Below are positions 22,690 through 33,095 of a stretch of DNA of 60,661 nucleotides, piece after piece. Below the pieces are notes generated by a model, which searched no databases, had not been told where the DNA came from, and was given only the letters and a program-made list of their open reading frames with translations. The stretch covers positions 1 to 60,661 of the forward strand of contig CAUWGC010000012.1 in assembly GCA_963558405.1 (NCBI GenBank), written 5' to 3'. This DNA comes from an uncultured Clostridia bacterium. GTDB lineage: Bacteria; Bacillota; Clostridia; TANB77; CAG-508. Position numbers and translations under genes: made by a program. Each line of letters starts with the position of its first letter. The stretch's first letter is position 1.

Positions 22690-23898
22690 TTATTTATCAA
22701 AAATGTTCTTTGTTAAAAATTTATTAATTTTACCAACCTGATTTATAGCTGTTTTATTTTTTAATACAAATTCTCTTGCCTTATCTCCTAATATTTCTGT
22801 TTCCTTTTCATTCATCTGCAATATCTCTTCTATTTTTTTTATTATAGATTTATCATCATATTCCGTAAAAAATATATAATTTTTATATTCGTCTGGTATT
22901 CCTTCTAATTTACTTGTAACAAACGGAGTACCCGAAACCATGTATTCAAATGTTTTTGAAGGAAATGAGTATTTTGTATATTCGTATTCTGGATTTCTTA
23001 AATTAACTAGAACTTTTGCTTTTTTTAGATATTCAAAAACTTCTTTTCTGTTTTTAAATCCTAAAAATTTAATTCTATTATCTTTTTTAGAAGCCCTTAT
23101 AATTTCATTTTCCATATCGCCACTTCCTAAAAGCCATAATTTTATGTCTTTATCTTTAATTTTACTAAACACCTGTAATATTTTATCTACCCCAACCTCT
23201 TTATTAAGCTTTCCTGCATATGCAATTGCTTTTTCTTTTTTTACTTTTTCTAAATTTAACAAGTCATTATTGTATATTCCTTCCATTACAATAAATGGTT
23301 TATTAAATGGATTTACTATATTATTCATCTGTTTTGAAAATAAAATATATAAATCATAACTTTTTTGAAGTTTATTTACCAATTTTATATATGGCTTAAT
23401 AACAATTTTTTTATACCATTTCATTTTTCTTATTTTTTCTTTTGAATATGTATATAGTGATAAATCTGTAAAAGTTATAACTCTTTTGATGTTTAATATT
23501 TTACCCATAATTACAATAGCAAGTGACAAAGGAGCATAGTGTATATTTGCAAGAATACATTTATTTTTACCTTTATTGCTATAGCTCCATTTAAAAATGT
23601 TTATACACGCACATACAAAAATCATAGCTTCTTTTATAAATGGTAGGTTTATATACGGTATATAATCTATTTTTACATTATTCTTTTTATATTTGTTTCT
23701 ATAAAAAATAATATCATTTTTAGGAAAGTTTTCCTGCTGATATAAAGATATAATATAAGTATCATTTAATTTTATCATTTCATCCAGAAATGCTTTTTCA
23801 TAATTATATTGTGCTGTCCTATAAGGAGATTTATTCTCTTTTTCATCTTTTTGATGCAATTTTTCATCACAAAAATTTCCAAAATATAATATTTCTAT
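22690..23898 (-). CDS. GT4 glycosyltransferase with probable non-canonical ATA start
   Basis: YSFPSKTFEYM motif; AGGAGG-8 nt-ATA GAA ATA TTA TAT TTT GGA in frame upstream of the TTG-started ORF. Confidence 0.8.
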   Translation of the reverse strand: MEILYFGNFCDEKLHQKDEKENKSPYRTAQYNYEKAFLDEMIKLNDTYIISLYQQENFPKNDIIFYRNKYKKNNVKIDYIPYINLPFIKEAMIFVCACINIFKWSYSNKGKNKCILANIHYAPLSLAIVIMGKILNIKRVITFTDLSLYTYSKEKIRKMKWYKKIVIKPYIKLVNKLQKSYDLYILFSKQMNNIVNPFNKPFIVMEGIYNNDLLNLEKVKKEKAIAYAGKLNKEVGVDKILQVFSKIKDKDIKLWLLGSGDMENEIIRASKKDNRIKFLGFKNRKEVFEYLKKAKVLVNLRNPEYEYTKYSFPSKTFEYMVSGTPFVTSKLEGIPDEYKNYIFFTEYDDKSIIKKIEEILQMNEKETEILGDKAREFVLKNKTAINQVGKINKFLTKNIFDK

Positions 23899-23919
23899 TT
23901 TAATTTCCTCCTTATTTAC

Positions 23920-25041
23920 TTATTCAAATAATCTTTGATATTTTAAAATAATCTTATTGTAATCAATTTTATTTGATATATAATTTTTGCAATTTTGTTG
24001 TATTTTTTCATATTCTTCAGTATTCATACTATATACTTTATTAAGTATATTTATAAATTCTTCATCTTTTCCCAGTTTAACTACATATCCAGCGTTTTCA
24101 TTTTTTATATCATTCCATGGAGTTTGATTACTAATAAGAACTTGGCATCCTCCCATTAAAGCTTCTGCAATAACATGACCATAGTTTTCACTGTATGTTG
24201 GAAATAAGAAAAGATCATATTTACTAAATGTTTTTATAACCTCATCAGGTTCTACTTCTCCACAGTATTTAATTCTTTTTAAATCTCCTATTTCCCTTTT
24301 ACATTTTTCCCAGTATTTTTTATCCTCTTTAAAACCATAAATATCTAATGTTATATTAGGATTAGCTTTTTTTACATATTTAATTGCTGATAATAGGTTC
24401 TTTTTTTCACATATTCTAGATATAAACACACACCTTAATTCATTTTCTTTTTTTATCCTATTCTTTTCATACTTTTCTATATTAGTAGGTAAAACTTCAA
24501 TTTGCTTTATGTTGTTTTTATTTACATCTAACTTTTTACAAATTTGATTTGTTTCTTCTTCAGATGTAGAATGCCATATTACTTTATCTTTTATATTTAG
24601 AGTTTTTAAAAAATTTATATAAATTTTCTTTTTTAATCTTTTTATTTTTAAAGCATTTATACATAATTCTCCTCTTGGGGCAATAATCAATTTAATATTA
24701 TTTTCTTTTTTATATATTAGACTAGAAAATAAAAATTTATATAAAAAAATGCTATTTAGATAAATTACATCTGGTTTCACCTCATAAATTTTATCAAGTA
24801 TGTTTTTTATATTAAGTTCTTTATCTTCTAAATATAAAACCTTTGACTTTTCTAAGATATTCCATCCATCATTTATGTTTCTCAGTCTTAATCTACTTCT
24901 AAATTCATGATTAGAAGTTATAATATAAAATTCATAGTTGTTTTGTAATCCGTTAACTATATTATTTATAGAATTTACAGGTCCTCCATATGTTTTAGCA
25001 GGTTTATATCCTAAATACATTATTAATATTTTTTTATTCAA
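23920..25041 (-). CDS. GT4 glycosyltransferase
   Basis: GGP N-terminal motif; ENYGHVIAEA motif. Confidence 0.85.
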   Translation of the reverse strand: MNKKILIMYLGYKPAKTYGGPVNSINNIVNGLQNNYEFYIITSNHEFRSRLRLRNINDGWNILEKSKVLYLEDKELNIKNILDKIYEVKPDVIYLNSIFLYKFLFSSLIYKKENNIKLIIAPRGELCINALKIKRLKKKIYINFLKTLNIKDKVIWHSTSEEETNQICKKLDVNKNNIKQIEVLPTNIEKYEKNRIKKENELRCVFISRICEKKNLLSAIKYVKKANPNITLDIYGFKEDKKYWEKCKREIGDLKRIKYCGEVEPDEVIKTFSKYDLFLFPTYSENYGHVIAEALMGGCQVLISNQTPWNDIKNENAGYVVKLGKDEEFINILNKVYSMNTEEYEKIQQNCKNYISNKIDYNKIILKYQRLFE

Positions 25042-26174
25042 TATACGCTATCCTTTCTCCAAATTGTTCTATTTACTATGTCTTCATAACTTTGTATTAT
25101 TTTAATTACTTTAGAAGATACATTTATATCTTCATATTCCTTATTAATTTCTATGTTATCCCCATCATTTTTCATAGATATTGCAAGTTCAATTGCTTGA
25201 ATAACTGTTTTTGTTGTGATTCCACCTATTATTATACTTCCTTTATCTAAAACCTCTGGTCGTTCTGTAGAAGTTCTTATTAATACTCCTGTAAATCCTA
25301 ATATAGCACTTTCTTCTGACAAAGTACCACTATCAGATACAACACAAAATGAATTCTTTTGTAATTTATTATAATCTATAAATCCAAATGGTTCTACATT
25401 CTTAACTAAAGAGTTAAATTTAAAATTTCTCTTGTTTATAATATTTTTAGTTCTGGGATGTGTAGAAAAAATAATGGGCATATTATACATTTTAGCAATA
25501 TTATTTATTGCTTCCATTAGCGAAATAAAATTCTTTTCATTATCTATATTCTCTTCTCTATGAGATGAAACCACTATATAGTTGTTTTTTTTAAGCTCTA
25601 ACTTTTCTAATACATCGCTTTTTTCTATTTTTTGTATATTTTTTTGTAACACTTCTCTCATTGGTGAACCAGTAACAAAAATATTTTTTGCATCTATACC
25701 TTCTGATATTAAATATCTTCTTGCATGTTCTGTATAAGGCATATTAATATCTGATATATGATCTACTATCTTTCTGTTTATCATTTCTGATACATTCCAA
25801 TCCCAACATCTATTTCCTGCTTCCATATGGAATATTGGTATTTTTAATCTTTTAGCTGAAATAGTTGATAATGCTGAATTTGTATCTCCAAGTACCAAAA
25901 CAGCATCAGGTTTTTCTTGCTTCATAACTTGGTATGACATACTAATAATATTTCCCATAGTTTGCCCTAAATTATCTCCTGCTGAATTTAAATAAAAATC
26001 AGGATTACGAAGTTCTAAATCTTCAAAAAAAACTTTGTTTAAACTATAATCCCAATTTTGGCCAGTATGAACTAGTACATGATTAAAATATCTATCCGCT
26101 AATTTTATAACTTCTGAAAGTCTTATTATTTCTGGTCTTGTTCCTATTATAGTCATTAGTTTTAGTTTTTCCAT
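25038..26174 (-). CDS. fnlC: UDP-2-acetamido-2,6-dideoxy-L-talose 2-epimerase (FnlC/CapG, WecB family)
   Basis: GTRPEIIRLS, HMEAGNRC and SDSGT motifs; follows fnlA-fnlB; start MEKLKLMT. Confidence 0.85.
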   Translation of the reverse strand: MEKLKLMTIIGTRPEIIRLSEVIKLADRYFNHVLVHTGQNWDYSLNKVFFEDLELRNPDFYLNSAGDNLGQTMGNIISMSYQVMKQEKPDAVLVLGDTNSALSTISAKRLKIPIFHMEAGNRCWDWNVSEMINRKIVDHISDINMPYTEHARRYLISEGIDAKNIFVTGSPMREVLQKNIQKIEKSDVLEKLELKKNNYIVVSSHREENIDNEKNFISLMEAINNIAKMYNMPIIFSTHPRTKNIINKRNFKFNSLVKNVEPFGFIDYNKLQKNSFCVVSDSGTLSEESAILGFTGVLIRTSTERPEVLDKGSIIIGGITTKTVIQAIELAISMKNDGDNIEINKEYEDINVSSKVIKIIQSYEDIVNRTIWRKDSVY

Positions 26175-26181
26175 AGATAAA

Positions 26182-27297
26182 TTATCCCTCCCAATTTTTA
26201 TAATACGTATCAGTTTTTTCTTTGTTAAAATTTTCACTTGCCCATATTATTACAAACATATCTTTATCACCAGTATTTATAATACTATGAACATATCCTA
26301 CAGGAATATCTACTACCTGAATATTTTTATCATCTACTTTATATTCTAGTTCTTCTTCCGAATTTACATTTTTAAACTTAATTATACCTTCTCCACTAAT
26401 TACAACAAACTTTTCATTTTTAGTATGATGCCAATGATTACCTTTTATACAATTTGGTTTTATTACATTTAAAGATATTTGACCACCACAATTTGACTTA
26501 AATAGCTCTGTAAAAGAACCTCTTTTATCCGAAATTGTATCTAGACTATATGAAAACTGATTTTTTGGTATGTAGCTTAAATATGTACTATACAATTTTT
26601 TTGTAAAATTATTCTTTAAATCTGGAACAAAAAACTTTTCTCGCATATTCTTAAATGATTTTATTTCACTTGCTATTTCTTCTAAAGTTTTTTCGTATGT
26701 AATAGACATGTAATTAATCTCTTTATTTTCATGTATTTTTCCTTGTATAACATTTATAAAATCATCTATTACGTCATCTATATAAGAAAGTTTTATGACC
26801 ATTTTTTTATCATTTAACTTTATTGGTATGTTATTTGCAATATTATTGCAAAAAGTTGCCACAACACTATTGTAATTTGGTTTACACCATTTACCAAATA
26901 TGTTATTTAACCTATAAATATATGTATTTACATCGTTTTCTTTACCATATCTTTTTATTATGTTTTCCGCTTCCCTTTTGGTATTTCCATATTCGTTGTA
27001 TAAATCTACTTGAGTAGATGATGCAAAAAGTATGGGACTCTTATTATTATTTTTTCTTAAATTTTGTAGCAATCTTTTTGTTAAATCTACGTTTACTTTT
27101 TTATAATCCTCTATATGTTTTGGTCTATTCTCTCCAGCTAGATGAACTACAAAATCACATTTTTTTGTATATTCATTTATTTCTTCATTACTAGTTAATC
27201 TGTTCCACTCAAATATTTCTTTATATCCTCTATTTTGTAATTCTGAAACTAAATTTTTTCCAATAAAACCATTTGCTCCAGTAACTAAAATTTTCAT
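26182..27297 (-). CDS. fnlB: UDP-sugar reductase/epimerase with C-terminal cupin (FnlB/CapF)
   Basis: TGANGFIG, GKWCKPNYNSVVATFC and GNHWHHTKNEKF motifs. Confidence 0.88.
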   Translation of the reverse strand: MKILVTGANGFIGKNLVSELQNRGYKEIFEWNRLTSNEEINEYTKKCDFVVHLAGENRPKHIEDYKKVNVDLTKRLLQNLRKNNNKSPILFASSTQVDLYNEYGNTKREAENIIKRYGKENDVNTYIYRLNNIFGKWCKPNYNSVVATFCNNIANNIPIKLNDKKMVIKLSYIDDVIDDFINVIQGKIHENKEINYMSITYEKTLEEIASEIKSFKNMREKFFVPDLKNNFTKKLYSTYLSYIPKNQFSYSLDTISDKRGSFTELFKSNCGGQISLNVIKPNCIKGNHWHHTKNEKFVVISGEGIIKFKNVNSEEELEYKVDDKNIQVVDIPVGYVHSIINTGDKDMFVIIWASENFNKEKTDTYYKNWEG

Positions 27298-27313
27298 ATT
27301 AAATAATCTCCTT

Positions 27314-28348
27314 TTAGAAATATTTGTTTTGATGTAAATCTGATATTTCCTTTTTTATGTATTCTAATTTAAGTAATTTCTCTTTTAACTCTTCAACTGT
27401 TAGTAGTGTAGTATTGTTTGAATTAAATTCTGATAAATTTTCTCTTAACTGTTCACCAGAAGTATAATATTTATTATAATTTAAATCTCTTTTGTCTGAA
27501 GGTACTCTATAAAATTTTTCCATATCTATTGCGTGAACACATTCTTCATTTGTAAGTAATGTTTCATACATTTTCTCTCCATGTCTTATACCTATTGTTT
27601 TAATTTCATGATTTGGTACATTAAATATTTCTTTTAGTGCCTTAGCTAACACACCTATTGTACAAGCTGGTGCTTTTTGTACCATTATGTCTCCAGTATT
27701 TGCATTTTCAAATGCAAACATAACTAGTTCTACCGCTTCTTCTAAGCTCATTATAAATCTCGTCATATTACTATTAGTTATAGTTATAGGCTTACCAGAT
27801 TTTATTTGTTCAATAAATAATGGAATTACAGACCCTCTAGAACACATCACATTTCCATACCTTGTTGCACACATGCTTGTATTTTCTTGTGGTATGTTTC
27901 TAGATTTAGCAATAACTACTTTTTCCATCATTCCTTTTGTAATTCCCATTACATTTACTGGATACGCCGCCTTATCTGTAGATAAACATATTACCTTTTT
28001 TACTCCTGCCTCAATAGCTGAAGTAAGTACATTATCAGTGCCTAATACATTTGTTTTTACAGCTTCTATTGGAAAAAACTCGCAACTAGGAACTTGCTTT
28101 AATGCTGCTGCATGGAATACATAATCAACTCCATACATTGCGCTTTTAACACTAGAAATATCTCTTACGTCTCCTATATAAAATTTTATCTTATCATTAT
28201 CATGTTCTTTTCTCATATCATCTTGTTTTTTTTCATCTCGTGAAAATATTCTTATTTCTCCAATATCGGTATTTAAAAATCTATTTAAAACTGCATGCCC
28301 AAAAGATCCAGTTCCACCTGTAATCATTAATGTTTTTCCTTTAAACAT
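27314..28348 (-). CDS. fnlA: UDP-GlcNAc 4,6-dehydratase/5-epimerase (FnlA/CapE)
   Basis: TGGTGSFG, HAAALKQVPSCEF, STDKA and RYGNVMCSRGSV motifs. Confidence 0.92.
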   Translation of the reverse strand: MFKGKTLMITGGTGSFGHAVLNRFLNTDIGEIRIFSRDEKKQDDMRKEHDNDKIKFYIGDVRDISSVKSAMYGVDYVFHAAALKQVPSCEFFPIEAVKTNVLGTDNVLTSAIEAGVKKVICLSTDKAAYPVNVMGITKGMMEKVVIAKSRNIPQENTSMCATRYGNVMCSRGSVIPLFIEQIKSGKPITITNSNMTRFIMSLEEAVELVMFAFENANTGDIMVQKAPACTIGVLAKALKEIFNVPNHEIKTIGIRHGEKMYETLLTNEECVHAIDMEKFYRVPSDKRDLNYNKYYTSGEQLRENLSEFNSNNTTLLTVEELKEKLLKLEYIKKEISDLHQNKYF

Positions 28349-28374
28349 TTTTATTTAACCTTCCTCTCATTTTA

Positions 28375-29592
28375 CTAAGTCTTTTTGTATTTTTCATACA
28401 TCTTTTCTAATATATCTACTGAATTTTCAACTTTTAAATTTTCTTCCAGATATTTTCTTCCATTTTTCCCCATTTCTTTTCTTGTCCACGTATTTTTTAT
28501 TAAAAAATTAAATCTATTTTTAAATCCATCTATATCGTTTGATTTACACCATAATCCTGCCATACTCTTGTTTTCTATCAAATTTTTATAATCTGTATTT
28601 TCATCTGTTGCAGCCATTATAGGTAAACTATATTCAAAGTACCTTAATGTCCTTGAAGGAATATTTGGTATTGTAAATCTATAATCTAAAAATACTAATC
28701 CTATATCACTTTGTGATAATATTTCACAATATTCTGCTTGTGGTACATATTCTAAATATATTACATTTTTAAAATTGTTATTTTTAATATAATCAAATAA
28801 TCTATCTTTCTCTGTTCCTTTACCTATTAGTATAAATTGTACTATATTGCTATTTTTATATTCATTTAATACTTTTATTAAAAAATCTATTCCCTGTGGT
28901 TTACCAAAATTTCCTCCATATATTGCTATAACTTTGTTTTTATCAATATTATATTTTTCTCTTATAGATATCTTTTTAGAAAAAGTTCTTTTATCTACCT
29001 TAATTGTATTAGGAAATATCTCTATTTTACTGTTTTCTAAAAATTTATTGTTACTTAGTAAATATTTTTTATTTTCATCTGACATACATCCTATAATTGT
29101 AGCTGTTTTATATAGCTTTTTTTCAACACTTCTAAAATACCAGTATGCTGGATTACGTTTACTTAACATTTCTAAATCTAATGCATTTTGCGGAAAAATA
29201 TCTTTTTGCATCAAATATGAAATACATTTAAACTTATCCATAGCAAATTTAATAACACTATACATTGTTACAGGAGGTGCCATAAACAATATCAAATCAA
29301 ATTTTTGATCATTCAAATATTTGTTTATTGCATTTTTTAATTTATTTTGCATTGTGATAAATGAAGTTGCTTTTTCAAATGAACTAACATTATATAAGTT
29401 ACCTGTTTTAACTCTTAATACTTTAATATTTCTTTCTATACATAATTTTGTTTCTTTGATATTTTTTCTTTCATCTGAAACTATAACAACAACATCATGC
29501 CCCTTTAATTTAAGTTCTTCTGCTAAATCTGTATATATGTTGTCTTCTTCGCTTTCCTTTGGAAATATTGATGCTATATATAAAATCCTCAT
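28375..29592 (-). CDS. GT4 glycosyltransferase (WbuB-like L-FucNAc transferase)
   Basis: DIFPQNA, YGGNFGKPQG and NIPSR motifs; adjacent to fnlABC. Confidence 0.78.
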   Translation of the reverse strand: MRILYIASIFPKESEEDNIYTDLAEELKLKGHDVVVIVSDERKNIKETKLCIERNIKVLRVKTGNLYNVSSFEKATSFITMQNKLKNAINKYLNDQKFDLILFMAPPVTMYSVIKFAMDKFKCISYLMQKDIFPQNALDLEMLSKRNPAYWYFRSVEKKLYKTATIIGCMSDENKKYLLSNNKFLENSKIEIFPNTIKVDKRTFSKKISIREKYNIDKNKVIAIYGGNFGKPQGIDFLIKVLNEYKNSNIVQFILIGKGTEKDRLFDYIKNNNFKNVIYLEYVPQAEYCEILSQSDIGLVFLDYRFTIPNIPSRTLRYFEYSLPIMAATDENTDYKNLIENKSMAGLWCKSNDIDGFKNRFNFLIKNTWTRKEMGKNGRKYLEENLKVENSVDILEKMYEKYKKT

Positions 29593-29608
29593 TATTCAAA
29601 CCTTTCAC

Positions 29609-30358
29609 TCATATTATCAAATGATATATAGAATTATTTTTTATATGTTTAAAATTATTCTTTATGTAAAAATTTTGTGCTTCTATATTATTTAATTGAG
29701 TTCCAACTTTTATGTAATCAATATTTTCTTTTGCCGCATAAGCTTCTAATTTTTTTATAAGACAACTACCTATACCGCTGTGTCTGTGTTCTTCAGATAT
29801 TGCTATCAGTTCTATAATAATTGAATTTGTAAATCTATCCACTTTAAATATTATAAATCCTTCTGTTTTTTTATTTATATTGTAACAGCAGAAAAATTTA
29901 TTATATTTATTAAACGAGTTTTTTGCCCACTCCCTGTATACTTTATTACCATTTTTTAATTTATCATCTGTTAAAAATCTTGAATATATAAATGCATTAT
30001 CAGATATATCTAGTATATTAATATCTTCTGGAAAATTATTACTAATTTCTATATTATTATTTATATATTCTTCAGACTTATTAGTTATTTTTTTTATAAA
30101 CTGAATGTTTACATCGGCCAAATATGTGTTTTTTAATAATTTTAAAGTATTGTTATTTGTTTCATTATTATTATCATTTTGTATAGTTGCAAACTGTATT
30201 TTATTTTCTTCTATATATTTCTCTATTTTTTTTATATCCTCTCTATTTATTTTTTCTTTTAAAGTAATTTTTGCACAATTAATTTCAAAAAATTTTGTAT
30301 CCCATATTAATTTCTGAATTTCATATTTTTTTGTATTAATTATATAAATCACTTCCAT
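29609..30358 (-). CDS. GNAT acetyltransferase (WecD-like aminosugar N-acetyltransferase)
   Basis: WDTKFF, SRF, HRHSGIG and VGTQLNNIEAQNFY motifs. Confidence 0.75.
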   Translation of the reverse strand: MEVIYIINTKKYEIQKLIWDTKFFEINCAKITLKEKINREDIKKIEKYIEENKIQFATIQNDNNNETNNNTLKLLKNTYLADVNIQFIKKITNKSEEYINNNIEISNNFPEDINILDISDNAFIYSRFLTDDKLKNGNKVYREWAKNSFNKYNKFFCCYNINKKTEGFIIFKVDRFTNSIIIELIAISEEHRHSGIGSCLIKKLEAYAAKENIDYIKVGTQLNNIEAQNFYIKNNFKHIKNNSIYHLII

Positions 30359-30361
30359 TCT

Positions 30362-30949
30362 TTATTTTGAATAAATATTTTCTTTTTTTAACAATGAAAA
30401 AAATGTCATAAAAAATATTTTTACATCCATAATAAATGTTAAATGTTCAACATAGTATATATCGTTTTTTAATCTGTCCTTCCATTTTATAGAGTTCCTA
30501 AAATATGCTTGATTATATCCAGTAATACCTGGCTTAACCTTTAGCTTTTCTTTTTCTTGTTTTGTATATACCATTATATGTTCTGGTAAATCTGGCCTTG
30601 GTCCTATAAAAGACATATCGCCTTTTAAAATATTGATAATCTGTGGTATTTCATCAATACTAGTTCTTCTTAAAATTTTACCTACTTTAGTTACTCTTTT
30701 GTCATATCTACTATTGTATGTTGAACCATCTGCATTTCTTATATCTTTTGCATTTTCCTTCATTGTTCTAAATTTATACATATCAAAAACTTTTCCTTTT
30801 TTTCCTAGCCTTTTTGAAATATAGAATACACTACCTCCATCTTCTAATTTTATTAATGGTGCTATTAATAAAGTTAAAATTATTAGTAAAGGCAATAAAA
30901 TAATTGCCAAAATAAAATCCAAAATTCTTTTTATAAAATATTTATACAT
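30362..30949 (-). CDS. initiating phosphoglycosyl (sugar) transferase
   Basis: KRILD, YKFRTM, SIDEIPQ, GDMSFIGPRP and KPGITG motifs. Confidence 0.92.
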   Translation of the reverse strand: MYKYFIKRILDFILAIILLPLLIILTLLIAPLIKLEDGGSVFYISKRLGKKGKVFDMYKFRTMKENAKDIRNADGSTYNSRYDKRVTKVGKILRRTSIDEIPQIINILKGDMSFIGPRPDLPEHIMVYTKQEKEKLKVKPGITGYNQAYFRNSIKWKDRLKNDIYYVEHLTFIMDVKIFFMTFFSLLKKENIYSK

Positions 30950-30950
30950 C

Positions 30951-32154
30951 TCATTCCCTTAAAATTTTTTTAAACCATTTTATTACGTACTTAACATCTT
31001 CATCTGTTAATAATGTATGTAATGGTAGGCTTATTTCATTCTTATATGTATTATAACTATTTGGAAAGTTTTTTATACAAAATCCTAGATTTTTATATGC
31101 TGTCATCATTGGTAATGGTTTATAATGCACATTTGCTGAAATTCCTAAATTGTATAATTTTTTTATTATTTGATTTCTATATTCCTCCTCCTTACCAATT
31201 AATCTAATCAAATATAAATGACCGCTTGATTCAAACTTATTATTATAATGTTCATAAATTTGAATATCGCAATCTTTTAACCCTTCATTATACATTTGTA
31301 TAATCTCTTTTCTTCTTTTTAATATATTATTATATCTACTAAGCTGTGCTAAACCAATGCCTGCCATTATATCTGTCATATTATATTTATATCCAGGAAC
31401 CTTGATATCATATTCCCAATTATTGCCCTCACTTTTTTCGTATGCATCCTTATTTTGACCGTGTAATGAATATAACTTAAATTTATTATATAAATCTAAA
31501 TTACTAATTTCTTCTATATTATTCCAAGTAACAGCACCACCTTCTGCAGTTGTTAAATTTTTTACTGCATGAAAAGAAAAGCTTGTAAAATCTGCTAAGC
31601 TTCCAGTCTTTTTTTCCTTTAAACTTCCTCCAAAAGAATGTGCAGAATCTGCAATAATAGCAATCCTTCCTAATTTATTTTGTATTTCATTACTAGGATT
31701 AAATTTGAACTTACACTTTTGTACAATTTCATACACTTTATCATAATCAGCTGGAACCCCTGCCAAATCTACAAGTATTATTGCTTTTGTTTTTGGTGTA
31801 ATTAAATCTTCTAATAAATTATAATTAATATTAAAACTATCTATTTTATTATCTATAAACTTAATTTTTGCACCAACATGAAAAACAACACTTGCTGTTG
31901 CTGTATATGTATATGCTGGCACTATTACTTCATCATCTTTTCCTATTCCTAAAATTCTAAGTATTAATTCTAAACCGGGCAGTTGCAGAATTAAGACAAA
32001 TAGCACATTCAGTACCACAGTATTTTGCAATTTCAGCTTCTAATTTCTTTACCTTAATTCCTGTTGTAATCCATCCAGATTTTAAAGTATCAATAACCTC
32101 CGATATTTCTATATCACTAATATCTGGTTTTGAAAATTTTATTTTCCTTTTCAC
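30951..32154 (-). CDS. DegT/DnrJ/EryC1/StrS aminotransferase; +1 frameshift at CGG 31975-31977 (400 aa if joined)
   Basis: ORF 31957..32154 (FSKPDI...SGWITTG...LNSATA) joins ORF 30951..32030 at GCC C GGT TTA, giving conserved NSATAGLELIL; SFHAVKNLTTAEGG present. Confidence 0.88.
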
Positions 32155-32267
32155 TTAAACTATCAACTTCTTTCCGGATATTTATAATTTATATCTCGTT
32201 TTATTAATTATTTATGCAAAAGTTATAGGAAAATTCCATTTTCTTTGCTATGTTAATATGTAAAATA

Positions 32268-32308
32268 AAAAAACTATACAAAATCACAAATGAAATTGTA
32301 TAGTTTTT
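32268..32308. terminator. terminator downstream of cotJC
   Basis: aaaaaactatacaa...ttgtatagtttttt. Confidence 0.6.
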
Positions 32309-32323
32309 CTTTATTTTTTTAGA

Positions 32324-32866
32324 TTAATTACATCCACAATCATTATTCATATTATTTAACATGTTATTATTCATATAAAATTTCTTTTCTGCTAATTTAT
32401 CTTGAACTCCACGCAATGCTTCTCCAAATCTTTGGAAGTGAATTACTTCTCTTTGACGTAAAAATCTAAGCGGATCTATTACATCTGGATCATCTTTGCA
32501 TAAATCAATTAGTTTTTCATATGTTGCACGTGCTTTTTGCTCTGCTGCTAAATCTTCCTGTAAATTAGCAATAGGATCACCTTTACAAGCAATAGCTGAT
32601 GCTGTAAATGGAATTCCTCCTGCTGATTGAGGATAAACATCTACACCATGATCTGTGTAATATGCTCCAAGTCCTGCTTTTTCTAATTCCTCAACTGATA
32701 CTCCATCTGTTAATTGATGAACTATAGTACCTACCATTTCTAAGTGAGCCAATTCTTCTGTTCCAATATCATTTAATATAGCTTTTGCTTTTTGATCTGG
32801 CATTGCAAATCTTTGTGATAAATATCTAAGTGTTGCTCCTAATTCCCCATCTGGACCACCGTATTG
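32324..32866 (-). pseudogene. cotJC: 3' part of spore-coat manganese catalase CotJC, 5'-truncated by the prophage
   Basis: frame reads QYGGPDGELGATLRYLSQRFAMPD...GTEELAHLEM...FLRQREVIHFQRFGEAL; in-frame TAA at 32873-32875 upstream; N-terminus absent. Confidence 0.88.
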
Positions 32867-32885
32867 TTTTTGTTATTATATCACT
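32862..32885. other. putative prophage attachment junction inside cotJC
   Basis: cotJC homology ends abruptly at the QYGG codons and the phage lysin terminator lies about 190 bp away; exact core cannot be defined without the other end. Confidence 0.6.
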
Positions 32886-33052
32886 TATTTTGCTTAAAAA
32901 GAGGCAGACAGACTAAATATCTATCTACCTCTCAACATAGAATAATATAATTTTCTCTATTTATATTTTACAATATTTTAATTTATTAGTCAAATTATTT
33001 AATTTTAATTAATATTCAAATAAATCCAAAGTATTACAAGAAACTCTAAAAG

Positions 33053-33089
33053 AAAAAACCTAGATTAGAAAGCTCTAATCTAGGTTTTT
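33053..33089. terminator. terminator after endolysin
   Basis: aaaaaacctagattag-aaagct-ctaatctaggttttt. Confidence 0.8.
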
Positions 33090-33095
33090 ATTATA

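Noticed and set aside
32324-32803. 159-aa ORF as a complete Mn-catalase gene
   Set aside because: Homology extends 21 codons upstream of this ATG and then breaks at an in-frame stop, so it is a truncated cotJC.
32858-32863. CGG triplet at the cotJC junction as another recoding site
   Set aside because: It is out of frame (TAC GGT). The break is explained by prophage insertion.
32886-33052. Integrase or moron at the left prophage end
   Set aside because: Only AT-rich non-coding DNA and a weak hairpin; no credible ORF.
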